Shown here in pieces: positions 1 to 19,059 of a stretch of 64,000 nt of DNA. Made by a program: the position numbers and the translations under genes. The notes under the pieces were generated by a model. The model ran no database searches. It was given only the letters and a program-made list of their open reading frames with translations, and was not told the DNA's origin. How positions within the stretch are numbered: position 1 is the stretch's first letter; every line of letters starts with the position of its first letter. Source of the stretch: Chlorokybus atmophyticus (Eukaryota; Plantae; Mesostigma and Chlorokybus algae); the NCBI GenBank assembly GCA_009103225.1, contig RHPI01002402.1, positions 372,001 through 436,000 on the forward strand. Direction: 5' to 3'.

Positions 1-121
1 TGGGGGGGAACAAGACACTGGTCTATGCATTCGTGAAGGGGAGTCCCAGTAATAACGCGGCTAACAACAGCAATCAGCAAGCGGAGCAGAGTGGAGCGCA
101 TTGTGTTGTGTTTTGGAATAC

Positions 122-6638
<6,517 letters not shown>

Positions 6639-7584
6639 TAGCAAGGAGTTGTGAACGTGCAAGCGTGCGCGTGTTGCCAGCGTTACTTGGGTGTCTTGTG
6701 ATGAGAATGAGGACGCACACTTTGAGCAGATAGGTTGGTTGGACTGAGATGACTGTCTTTGCTGGGTCACATGATGGCAAGCGCATTGGCAACAATTTCC
6801 CGGCTCTTAATGCACGCACAGAAGAGTGCCACTGAGTCTTAACTTTTGTAAGCGACGGACAACCTTGAATATTCCTCGTATGTCGATTGGATGGTTAATG
6901 GTGTTGCGCCTGCCCGCCTCTCGTACGCGCATTTCCCAGAGCGATAGGTTGTTGATATGGTAATGGTTACCACTACAACAACTTCTATTCCGGCATCAGC
7001 ATAGTTTAGCAGTTTAGTAATGTAGTAAAGGTTATCACCCGTACTCACACGTCAGCACGATTGGAGTGGAAGTTGTCGTAAGCATGTCGCATTGCTCAGT
7101 GTACAGGATATATGACGTGCTGTTGTGCACGCACAACACCGTGCTACATGCACACCACTGCAACATCACATGCAAATCACTGCATACCTTATCAAGTAGT
7201 GACCGCCGGGCTAACATCTACTGCACTACGCTACATCTACTAGCCCTCCCCGTTAAACATGCATGTTTGACCTGGTATTACCTGCACCACTGCCGATGTG
7301 CAGGCCTCAATGAGTTGCTTATTTGTGTTACAGCCAAACAGCTGTATCCTTGTGTGCCAGGGAGTCCAGTGCAGGTGCTGACAGCATACCTGCTGCCGTG
7401 TGCAGCACCATAACCATGAGAAGCGTGTCATATCTATTTTCAGTGCTAACATATCTTCAACTTCATCAACAACAGTATACTATTAGAAGGGGCCAAAATA
7501 GCTGTTGGTAGATGCTCTGGAGCAGATATTGCTCCAATGACACCAATCTGAAGTTGTGATACCGCTCAGAGGTTGATCTGCCAC

Positions 7585-10500
7585 CTAACAACGCTTGTGC
7601 CCTACGTCAACTGTCTGGGGCAACGTCGTAGAAGCTAGCTACATAATCTGTACTCGCTTCGCACCAGCTTTGCTGCAAGAGTGCATCTGCGTGCAGTTTG
7701 CCTTCCAGAAGTAGCGCGACGTTCTTTGCTCCAACAGCAGAGACTGCAGTTGTTCAGTGTTACTGCACAGCTGGCAGCACGCAAGTTGACCAAAACAGCA
7801 TACCTTCCATGGCGCTTGCTGCTGACTCGATAGCGTTAATGTAGAAGACGCCCGCGTCCAGCACAATGGGTGCAAACTGCATAGCAGAGCGTCCCATCAA
7901 TGAACATGCCTTATGGCACCACAGTGACAAGCAACCTTAACCTTAACTTACGCATACCAACAGCATATGCATGCAAACAACAATGCTGCAACTCTCTCGT
8001 ATTGCAAATCCACCAAAGCTACCTTACATCGGATCGGGCACAGCCACATGCAGTGACACACATGCTAACCAAGCAGAAGCGGAAATGCCACGACCCGTTG
8101 AACATGTCCAGGTAACAAGTGGTATGCCAGACTGACTGTGCCCTTACAAACGGTCGTACCTCTTCAGGTGGATTGAAATGTGGGTACGCGAGCCAATCCC
8201 ACACGGCAACTTCATCACGAACAATGAACAGCTTGTCCAGGACAGCGTTGCTAAGCAGTTCTCTTGAAAACAACTTGTATACACTGTGTGCACCAGGCAC
8301 GCTCCCTTTCTTCAGCACATTCACACTAAGGAAAGGTAACTGGCACCAGACATGCGTATAAGGCGCTCAACGCTGCGTGCAAATGGGACCGCAGCAGTGC
8401 ATAAACAAAGCAAGCACTGCTTACGTACTTCTGGAATTTCCTCAGTCACGACAAAGGCCGGCAGATCCCCTTTGAGACGGAAGTACGCCGGGTTCATTAA
8501 GCCTCTAACAAAGGTTGCCACAGTGCGCTGGTAGCTCCTGCCAGGGACACCATACACGCTTACGATGTTGTGTGTGCAAGAAGGCCTTCAAGACGTACAT
8601 CAACCTGCCAACCTGTCCGGGATGTCAGACTTTTGCGGGAGGTCCAATCTGATGGCAGCAGACTCCAAAGGCGCGGCGACTACGACTGCATCATACTCAA
8701 CAAAGCTGACTGAGCCGTCTTTGCTGTACTCTACAATGTACTTAGACAGCGGGTTCACGTCACTCGCTGGCAGCTGTGTTATTGCTGTCACTCTGGTTGA
8801 GAGATTTATCGTGGCATTCGCGCGATCCAGCAAGCCTGTAGGGACTTGCTGATTGCCACCTTGCTGCGTACAACCATGGTGTTGTAAAACAGCTTAACGG
8901 GATAGTCATAACCAACTTACAAAACCAGTTTAAGCGCTGGTCAATGCACAGTAGCAATGTGTGTTGCAATGGTGCTACACCACTCACGCATACCAGTGTC
9001 TAAACAATGACTCACCACGCGCCAGACAGCGTCTCGTGAAGCGCTCAGCACGACCGCTCCAGCGAGCGCATTCAGTGTGACATTCTGCCCGTAATTGTTT
9101 CTTGTCATGGCAGTCGCCAACTCGACGACAAAGTTGTCAGGCGCTCCAATCTCAGCCCCCTGAAGCCAAGCATCCAACCTGAGAACAAGAACACGAGCAA
9201 GGGGCACAATGATAAGCTCAGGCCTCTGTTGAACCCTTGCTTGAGTGGACATACCTCAACTGCGTCAAGTCATACAAGTCTAAAGCTATCAACAGCTCCT
9301 GCACGCTCTCGTATGCGACGCCCTGCTTTTGCAGCTCATAGATTCGGCAGAAGCCGTCCAACGTTTGCTGTGTTGCTGAACCCACCCTGAACCAAAACAC
9401 CTACCCTCAGCATCAGCGCAGACAGTAGGCAACTATGGTGTTGCATAATGATTTGATCACTTGCTGTACATACAACAGTTTCGTCTGTACCTGAACAGAG
9501 AGTTGCCATAGCGCCACCACAGACGAAGCGCATCCCACCAACCCCACCCGCTGTCTTGGTACACAAAGCTGTTGCCATCCCATATGCCGACCTGACCCGC
9601 AACGCCTTGCGGAACGCCCTCTTGCAGCCCCAACAGCTGCACAAACAATAGCTAAGCAGTCGCATTCGACACATCATCACACATGTGTGCATACACACTG
9701 CTTGGATGCCAGGTTAAAGATCCGCATGCAGTGACTGCAGAGTTGATGTTGCTGAGCTGGTTAATTGTAGCTGTTAGCTGCCTTCGCACTGACAAAAAGA
9801 CATGTATGCATTGCAAGCAGCCAGAGTTGTTTTTCACCTTGCTAAAGCGTTTCATGTACTCATTTCGCTGGTGTATGATGGAAGCGCCAGCTTCAAAGAT
9901 CTCCGCAGCAAAGTTGACAGAAGCCACGCGGCCTCCTACCGTTTCCGACGCCTCGTACACGTCAATTGCAGCCTTGTTACCAAGAGCTTCTCGCACGAAG
10001 AATGCCGCGGAGCTCCCGCCAATGCCGCTACCAATGACAGCGACCCTCGCACTGCTGTCAAGGCTGCTCGTGCATTGAGGCACAGCTGCTTGTGCGTTCT
10101 GGAGGATGGCAATCAAGCTCAACTGCGGAGCGAGGCAATGTCAATAGGTTTAGTCAGGGACTTGCTCGGGCATCTTGACATGGACACACATGTAGACCCT
10201 GCCTATGCTAAAACTGTGTACTGCACTCTAGCGTAGTAAGTGGGTTACGTGGTAAATAACTAGCATTTCCTCCTTTAACAGAAGAAAGAATTGTCATCAG
10301 CTATCCGCTTCACTGAGTGCAACCAAAGACATAGTATTGAGCAAAGACACGAAAGCCTAATCGGCTTTCGCTGATGAACATTGTCAACAAACTTGACATT
10401 GTTACGCTGCATGCATGTTTGCTCGAGGTGCCTAGGTGGGACGGTCGCATGATACGGTGACTCTTCAACTTCAGTACGAAAAGATGTTTCACAGTCACAT

Positions 10501-10670
10501 AACACACACAACGAGCGAGTCAACGCACAATTGGCAACACCAGAAGCAACAATGCCAAAACAACAACTGCAACGGTGAGGAGAACGACGACATAAGCGGG
10601 CACTAACCATGCACCATGCAAGCATTGCGGCCTGCCGCCCCCACCAGTGCGCCCTAGCTACCACCGCCAT
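7585..10670 (-). CDS. FCLY: Prenylcysteine oxidase / farnesylcysteine lyase, multi-exon
   Basis: N-terminal signal-like segment, FAD-binding RVAVIGSGIGGSSAAFF, GGRV, FEAGASIIH, IWDG..FVY, WWRYG, LAGAV, YDAVVVAAPL and YINAIESAASAME. The start (MAVVARAHWW, 10670) is inferred from splicing to the acceptor at 10123. Confidence 0.9.
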
Positions 10671-10752
10671 TGTCCCCAGGCCACACTGACATGCAAGCAA
10701 CAACACTGACCAAGCAGACAGTGGTGGAAGCTTTCCGCGTTGCATTGGATAG

Positions 10753-10761
10753 AAACCCTAA
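10753..10761 (+). promoter_or_regulatory. Telo-box AAACCCTAA in the ~350 bp between divergent FCLY and NOT3 starts
   Basis: Exact motif; function inferred from plant telo-box knowledge. Confidence 0.4.
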
Positions 10762-11023
10762 TCTGGACACAGCAATCAGCTGTGCGTGGCGAAGCTGCGG
10801 GCGGTGGCGGCGGTGGCGGCAGGGAGGGCGGTGGGTTACTTGTAGCGTTGAGCAGTCGCCTTGACAGCTACGTGTTGCTTGCGCGTGGGTACAATCCATC
10901 CAATCACGCCAACAAACACTTGACCGTGGCTAGCTCCGTGATTGTGGTTGTGTCTGTAGTGGAAGGGTGGTTGGCTGTGGGTCAAGTTGCTGCTGTTGTG
11001 ATGCTCGCTTCCCGGGGGGCACC

Positions 11024-14000
11024 ATGGGAGCGACGAGGAAGCTGCAGGGGGAGATCGACCGCGTGCTCAAGAAGGTTCAGGAAGGCGTTGAGGTCTTCGA
11101 CAGCATATGGAACAAGGTATGGTCGAGGGAAGTGCGTCTTTGTCGTGTAGCGACATAAGGAAGGCTGCGTCTTGAATGGGAGATCTGCGTGCACATGGCA
11201 TTGGTAGCATAGAGCGGTTGACAATGGTCTAACTGCGCTGCGTGTGACGTTTACATTACGCTAGACAACAATTGTTCGTTGTCGGAGTTTGCCTTGTAGA
11301 ACTGGGCGTCATACATGCCGGTCTGACTTTGAGCAATCTGCTCGTACACAGCGGGTGTATGTGGTTAGGTGTCATGTTTGCGGAGTGTATTGGTGCACAA
11401 ATGGCGCCATTGTGTTCAGTTGAGGCATTATCCGTCATTGTTGTTGAAAAGCTTGCTGTTAGGTCTACGACACTGAGAATGCCAACCAGAAGGAGAAGTT
11501 TGAGGCGGATCTGAAAAAAGAAATCAAGAAGCTTCAGCGGTATCGAGATCAGATAAAGACATGGATTGCTTCAAGCGACATCAAAGACAAGAAACAGTTG
11601 ATGGATGCTCGCAAGATGATAGAGCGGGAAATGGAACGGTTCAAAGTACGCACTCGTTTGCATGTACTCTGCACTGCAAATATTGCTCACGCAGTACATT
11701 GTATCAAGTGCTGTTGCAATAGGTATGTGAGAAAGAGACCAAAACCAAAGCGTTTTCAAAAGAAGGGCTTGGTCAACAGCCTCGAACAGACCCTAGAGAA
11801 AAAGCCCGCAATGATGCCCGCGAGTGGGTGAATAGGACTGTAGCTGAGTTGGTGACGCAAAATGATGCCTTTGAGGCTGAGATAGAAGGGCTTGCAGTGA
11901 AGAAAGGCAAAACGCGACCTCCAAGGTTGATACACTTGGAAGAGTCGCTCGCAAGGCACCGAGGTCATGTTACCAGACTGGAACAGGTACCCATTCGCTC
12001 AACCTTGCCAGACTTCAGTTGCTGTGCTTTTGGTACTTAGAGCATTTGCATACTGTTCCGCTCAACACAGCTCTGTTGGCGCAGCAGCATAAAACATATC
12101 TTTTTGGTACACAGGTTTTGCGGTTGCTCGACAATGAGGAGTTGAACCCTGAAGATGTACAGGAAGTGCGAGACATGGTGGATGATTACGTGGAGCGTAA
12201 TCAAGAGGACTTTGACGAGTTTGACAATGTTGATGAGATGTACAACTCGTTACCAATGGACAAGTTGGACACGGTTGACATCTCAGACACGATAGTGCGA
12301 ACTGCGACAACCAAGGAGAGAGAAAAGGCTGTGGTAAGGCTTGCTACTGGTGCCCTGGATCCGCCTTTGTCTACAGCACCGCTTGCACCACGATGGCATG
12401 CACTCGAACATCTAGTACCCATGTTGCGCACCCTTGCAGACTGCCAAGGATGCCACGGCGCCACCCAAACCTCCGCTGCCCTCAGCAACCGCTGCAAAGT
12501 TACAACTACCAACGGCTGCGAGCAAGGAGCCACCACCTCCCTCACCTCACTCGAGCGCTGCACACAGTGACGGCGACAGCACTACAAATGCTGCTCCTGC
12601 GGGCAGCGATGCCATCATCAAGCCACTGCCTCCAGGACTCCTTTCTAGCCAACCACCCATCGGTTTTAAGGCGGCAGCGAGTGCTCCGCCTCCCTCTGCA
12701 CCTCCTGTGGCAGCAGCTGGTCGAGGTAACTACCAGAGTTTACATCAAACAAAGCTTGGCTGAGTGCACCTGCCTGCTGCTGTCATAACAGACACAAGAT
12801 ACCTCCGCCTTGTACTGTTGTCCTGCAGACAGACTTCACTGATCACCAAGTTGACGCAGGTCGACCAGCTGTTCCTGCAACACCTGCGGCTGTGGCAGAT
12901 AGGCGACCTGCTGCTGGAAAGGATACCCCCCAGCCTGTGGGTGCGCTGTTGGGCGCCTTGCCCCGCGGTCCGCCTCCAGGTATACCTCCTCGCCCAAGCG
13001 CAGCTATTCCCACCCAGCCAATGCCGACCACAATGGCAACAGCAGTAAGCAGTGGGAGCAGCACGGAACTTATGAGGGCACCTAGTGCAGTGACTGCGAG
13101 TCAACCTGCGGTGTCGGCAAATATGGCCGCCAAGCCTGTGGAATCTGATAGGAAAAGCCCTGTTGCACCAGGCCCTGCCCCGCCACCTTCGCCCGTGCGA
13201 AGCATGTCACCGAGCCTGGGCATCGAGCGCTTGAATGACAGTGTCCTGCCTAGCACTGAGACCAGCAGCACCCAACCGGCGGCCGCAAGCAGCGGGCCTG
13301 GCATGATCGGAGGTCGCATGTACAATGTAGCCATGAACAATCAGGCCCGACCTCAAGGCTGGATGTTCCAGCAAAGCGCCCAACCAGAGTCGCTCTACCA
13401 CGTACAGCATGATCTGTCCCGGGTGACAGCTCGCCAGGAGATACCTCCAGACCAGAAGAGTCGCTTCTTGTCAAGGTTGCAGGCAGTGCAGCAAGGTGGC
13501 GTGTTGGGTATGACCGGCCAAAGCGCGCTGGGAATGGCTGGCACTCTTTCAGCACAGCAGCAGCACTCAGCACCTGGGCAGCCTCAACATCACCAAGTGC
13601 AGCCGGCAAGCTTAGGTACCATAGGTCGAGCCGACTCCAGTGGTCTCAATCAGGAGTCTGCAGCTGTTGGCGACATGGGAGACGACAGTGGAGTCATCCA
13701 GACTGCCATGGGGGAGATGATGCGCATCTTTCCTGGCTTGTCCGACGATGACGTCAAGAATGCTGATACATTTGATGTTGCGGTATGTGTGACACCGCTG
13801 GTTGCTGCGTAAAAAAGACTTGTTTGTGTGACTGATTGTGCATTATGTGCTCTCAGGTAGGTGGCCCGGGAACGCTCGCTGAGCTCAGCCAACTTTCATT
13901 TCAGACAGATAGGCCCCCGTCTCAGTCAGGGCAACCCAATCAGCATCAGCAGCAACAGCAACAGGTACAGGCGTCATCTTTGCAGATGCAGCAGCAACCA

Positions 14001-14762
14001 CAGCTACCTCAACAACAGATGCAGCATCAGCTCTCCAAGCAGCAACAGCCTTCATCTCAGCTGCAACCCTTGCAGGAACCGGCCATGCAACTGCAGGCGC
14101 CTTCCCACTTGCAAACCCCTCAGCCTGGCATGCAGGCCCAGCAGTGGCCTCCCAAGCTTGAGAGCATGGATGACATGCCGGCGCTGCCAGACCACGTGGC
14201 CAACCTGCACATGCTGGAAGCGGCTTACCGGTACATTCCACTTCCCATCGACTCCGAACGACCTAAAGCCTACACGCCTCGCAACCCCGCACACGTGCCT
14301 TCCAGCTACCCCTCTGTGCCATCCGCGATGTTGGACAACCCGGCGTTGTTTGAGCGGTTTGACACGGACACGCTGTTCTTCTGCTTCTATTACCAGCAAG
14401 GCACCTACCAGCAGTACTTGGCTGCATGTGAATTGAAGAAACAGTCCTGGCGCTACCACAAGAAGTATAACACGTGGTTTCAGCGGCACGAGGAGCCCAA
14501 GGTCACCACAGACGAGTATGAACAAGGGACATACGTGTACTTCGACTTCCATATTGTACATGACGACTACCAGACAGGCTGGTATGTTGTGCTTGCCCTT
14601 GCTTCTCTGCGCTTCAGCATATTCCCAGACAAGAAGGTGTAGCAGGAGTTGTCACAACATTGCATGGTCATACGCTGAGTCTTTATGCGTTGCAGGTGCC
14701 AGCGCATCAAGACGGAGTTCACGTTTGAATACAAGTACTTGGAAGACGAGCTGGTGGTGTGA
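11024..14762 (+). CDS. NOT3: CCR4-NOT subunit NOT3/NOT5, multi-exon
   Basis: [50 protein letters not shown], long Pro/Gln linker and a NOT box ([39 protein letters not shown]...[10 protein letters not shown]). Confidence 0.96.
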
Positions 14763-16066
14763 GTGTATCCAGTTTTAGAGGCTCCACCACACTGTGCATT
14801 TTGTACAAGTGACCACTAGGCAGTATTGCCTGGCAGCTGCCTGCCACACTGCCATCTTCAATAACATGTGCAGTAGGTTTCACCAGAGATTACCTGTGCC
14901 AGGTGTGAATGCTCTCAATTCTGTGAGTGATGCTGTCTCAAACTTGTTGCATTATTTTCAGAAGCGATTTTCCATTGCTTTCCCCATGGTACACACGGCA
15001 CAGCAGCATACCCCTTCTATACATCCTTCGTTTGCCACCACTAGCACTACATACCACGAGAATAGCACATATACCTCCCCTCATGAACATGGACTACATT
15101 ACCATCAAAACACAGCACCAGATTCACACGTCACATGAACACTTGACAATTTACCGCAATCGGTGACTCAATATGGCATGATTGTGAGAGCAGCTGGACT
15201 CGGATGCATATCGTACTGAAATGAAAGCAGTGCGTGTAGCGTTTTCACATGATCACCAGCAATCAACAATCTAAGCATCCAGTCAATTATGCTAAAAGGC
15301 TAGTCAACCCGAAGTGTTGTTGATGTCACAATAGGCGGGGTGGGCTTGCAACAACAACCTTGTCCGTAAACCTGTTGTGCTACGTGCTTTTCAACAGCTC
15401 AGCGTCAGCAGTACTGCTGCTATGCATCAACGTCCAGCCATGGGATGTGTTGACTATCAGTCTCATAGACATGAGCATCAGCACGTTATTGGCTGTTGCC
15501 TTGTCCGTTGTACCGACAGCACTGTATGCAGTCATAATCTTGCGCGGCTGTTTACAGCACGACATGAACTCAGTCTGCTGTAGTTATGAACGCTCTGCTG
15601 CCATTGCTGCCTGTATGATTCAACAACACGGGCACCTATGTACCTGATCCATTGACTGAGGGGCATACTAAGATAGCGCCAACCGCATAAAGCACCCCGC
15701 GATAGTAAGCTGGAGTGCGGAGGCAATCCCAACTGGAACAACCTCTTATGCATGCATGGAGTGGCAAAGAACACTGTGCTTGAACTTGCAATGATAAATG
15801 TGCAATGCCGCAACAATGCTTCAAGTAGGAGCGTTGCACTGCGTGGTAGAAAGTACAAGCATTGCCAACAGCACAATTATAACAACGTCACCGCAGTCAG
15901 ATTAACCACTAGCAAGTATTTGCAGTTTACTTGTGCACTTCAACGCAAATGAGACGTGCTTTCCTCACTGTCCAACCAATGCTCAAACTCCCTCTGGATG
16001 ACTCATCCATTGGCCTTGGCTGCTCTCTCTGCTTGTCTGGCTCAAAGCAGCCGCCTGTGTGGGTGC

Positions 16067-16534
16067 TTACTTGGAGGACTTGCCACGCTTGGTTGCCTTG
16101 GTGGAGGTCTTGGCCTTGCCAGCCTTGGCCATGCGGACGGCCTTGAGGACGCGTGAGAGGCGGGCGAGGGCGGCGCTCTCCAGGTCTGGGCGATAGTGCT
16201 GGGCGTTGGTGAGCTTGCTGACGCTGCGGGCGAGGGCCCTGGGGCCCCTGGAGCTCTTGAGGACGGCACCCTCGCGCTGGAGGGCCGGGCAGGTGGCCTT
16301 GGCCCGCTTCAGGCGCACGACGACGGCACCGGCGTTGTCCGGGGCGAAGTCCACGCCCACCGCCTTGGTGTTGGCCAGCCCGCTGGCGGAGAAGCTGTGG
16401 CGGTTGGTCAGGTTCAGCGGTTCCCGGCTGAACGTCACGGCGGCGTTGCTATGGCCTCCCTGACGAACGACAAACGCGTTGTGGCCCTTCACCAGCTCCC
16501 ACACCAGCGCGGATGAGCCTTCCACCCTCGCCAT
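16067..16534 (-). CDS. RPL28: 60S ribosomal protein eL28, intronless CDS
   Basis: LVWELVKGHNAF, FSREPLNLTNRHSFSASGLAN and YRPDLESAALARLSRV match the eL28 family. First ATG at 16534; the ORF track starts at an upstream TTG. Confidence 0.9.
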   Translation of the reverse strand: MARVEGSSALVWELVKGHNAFVVRQGGHSNAAVTFSREPLNLTNRHSFSASGLANTKAVGVDFAPDNAGAVVVRLKRAKATCPALQREGAVLKSSRGPRALARSVSKLTNAQHYRPDLESAALARLSRVLKAVRMAKAGKAKTSTKATKRGKSSK

Positions 16535-18333
16535 CGCAGCCGCCGCCGCCACGGACACCGGCGCCGCCGCCAAAGAGACCTCATTCTAACGCACAAGATA
16601 GCCTTGTCCTCTTGTGCGCCTTGTGCGCACCCTTGTGCAAACCATGGAGGTTTGCAAATTCAGAACTCCACAGAGTGCCTGTTGAAAGGCAGATCAATGG
16701 CTAAAGTGCCCTATACTATACATGAGATGCATTAGTCATCAACTTGCTTTACCCAAAACACTGGTAACAATGTAATATTGTCATAACCCTTGCAAGTCAA
16801 TGACTGAATTTGGTGTTTGTTTTGCTGAATGCGATACTCATTAATATTATGCCAAAATTCAGCACCATTTGTTGCATTGATTATTTACACAGCGTAAACC
16901 ACTACATTAAAAGCAAGGTATTACCGTGCCATGCGTGCGCATCATTTCACATCGCACCACATACGTGCACACACCTCACATTATACACAGGGAGAGGAGG
17001 GAGCGCAGGAAGGAGGAGGGTGGCGGGGAGAGAGGAAGAGAGAGGAGGGGGAGTCTGTCTGCTGTCTGCTGCTGCTGCCTCGCCTGAAGCTGTGCCACTA
17101 GCTAACGTGCTTTGGCGCCTTGTGTACAGGTCATGACGCATGCATGTTGACTAACGGGGCAAAGGCAATAGCGAAGCTAGCTACTTCAGTTGTATGGGCA
17201 GCCTGGTGGTGTAACAAGTTGTTGGCTGGCATGTGGGATTGTGCTTGTGCTTGCATACGTTACAAGGCCGTGCAATGGTCAGTCACATGCACACCATTGC
17301 ATATATTCTATACAGTAGTGCAGTTATACACATAGGTAGCGATAAGGGGGTTTATATGTATGAAGTCCATACATTTAAACCCCCTTAGCGCTAGTTGCCT
17401 TGTTGTTTGTTATCGATGTGCTCGTGTCTGCTGTGTGCTCTGCTACGACTTACCGCCCTTTCATATCCATATCAAAATTAACCATTTACAAGCGTCGCGT
17501 CTGCTTAAGTGCACCACATGGTCCATCCGCTTAAGGCCACCAGCGCATAGCCGGACACCTCTGCAATATCCAATGCACCGTGCTTTGTAATGGCCATCTC
17601 TTGCACCCGCTATAAGGCATCAGCCACCCGCTACGAGCAGAGTCGCACGAAGCCCTCCAAGCACCGCTACTCCACCCCTCGCACCGCTATGATGTTGCGC
17701 ACATGCATGGCACGTGCACGTTATCCTTACCCAATGTGTCTCCATTGATGCAGGTGATGACATATGCATGCTTGCATGGCTAACGGTGTAGTAGGAGTAG
17801 CGTAGTGTGTTAATAGTAGAACAGCCCGGTGGAGAACCTACAATAGTGTGAAAATAGTGTGCGCCATGTCACTGCTTGTTATGCCACCATGCATGTGTCA
17901 GTCTGTTGCGCAATGTTTGTGCATGTCTCCATCTATAGAGGTATAGGATATTTCCATGTCGGCTGGTCGCCATACTTGCGCCATTCATCTGCCTCCGCCA
18001 CCCGCACCAGCATGCCGTGCGGTCTGCTAACAGCACCGTTGGTGATAAAGGCAGACGATGCGCTGGCTACAAATATTTGTAAATGATGCGCGCATGATCA
18101 TGTGGTATTGTGGATGTGTGCGTGATAGCGAGATATGGTGACAGATCGCTTTACTAAGCTATGTACATTGCAATAAATGTTGATCCGCACACGCCGTGAC
18201 GGTGATGTTCAGCAGCATCTTCATGTCGCTGCCAGCTCGCAAGCTCGGAAGGTCACAGCCCCCCACTTGTATACGCACAAAAAACAAAGCTCAAAAGTAG
18301 GCAGAAATCACAAGTAATGCAAGCACAACAATG

Positions 18334-18409
18334 CTGCATAGCATTCACACACGCGCGCATGCAACAATTACGTAATTGTTGCATGCGCGCGTGTGTGAAT
18401 GCTATGCAG
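18334..18409. repeat. Perfect spacer-less palindrome, 76 bp (38-bp arms)
   Basis: CTGCATAGCATTCACACACGCGCGCATGCAACAATTAC|GTAATTGTTGCATGCGCGCGTGTGTGAATGCTATGCAG. The ORF track gives the same peptide on both strands. Confidence 0.95.
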
Positions 18410-18882
18410 GTGGAGGCGTACATGACGATGATGCACTTGTCATGGGTGACGGACATCGGTTGCAAGATGTGGCATTGGTCAATTACAATCTGTCCATGCG
18501 CGACAGCATGTACAGCGCCCTGGAGATGCTGCACCTTGGCTGCCACGACGCCTCCCCGACCAGCGTGCACAGCTTGCTCAACAAGCGCCTCAGCGACGAC
18601 ACCCCGAAGCCAACACCCCCAAGTCAGGTCCTGTGGTCGCTGGCCAGCATTGGCTTTGCGCACAGCAGCCCCACTGGCTTCAGGTCCACAACTGATCACG
18701 ATTGTCTGTGTGTACACCTTGTGCATACTACCCCAAGCCATGTTCATGTCTACTTCATCACATGCATGTGTCCAAAAGGACGACGGTACTGTGTTTCTCC
18801 CGCACTACAACAGGCATACTCCCAAGTGCAAAGGCCATACTCAAGCATTACCACACTACATCAGGTGGGTACCACCTCCTGA
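18410..18882 (+). CDS. Coding-like exon of an unidentified gene
   Basis: TGCAG acceptor at 18409 is followed by GC-rich coding-like sequence (GGVHDDDALVMGDGHRLQDVALVNYNLSMRDSMYSALEMLHLG...). No family recognised and upstream exons unresolved. Confidence 0.25.
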
Positions 18883-19059
18883 GTTGATGTTTGTATTGCT
18901 TGTGTACCACAAGGCCTGGCCATGTGCACTTAGTTCACCCTCAACGAAAGGCCAAAGCAGCACATCTGCTTACAACCATCGCTCAAGCATCTGCGTGAGT
19001 CACGACTCTACGCAAACAGCAAGTAGTACGAGGTGCCACATACAAGAGCAATGTCCCAA

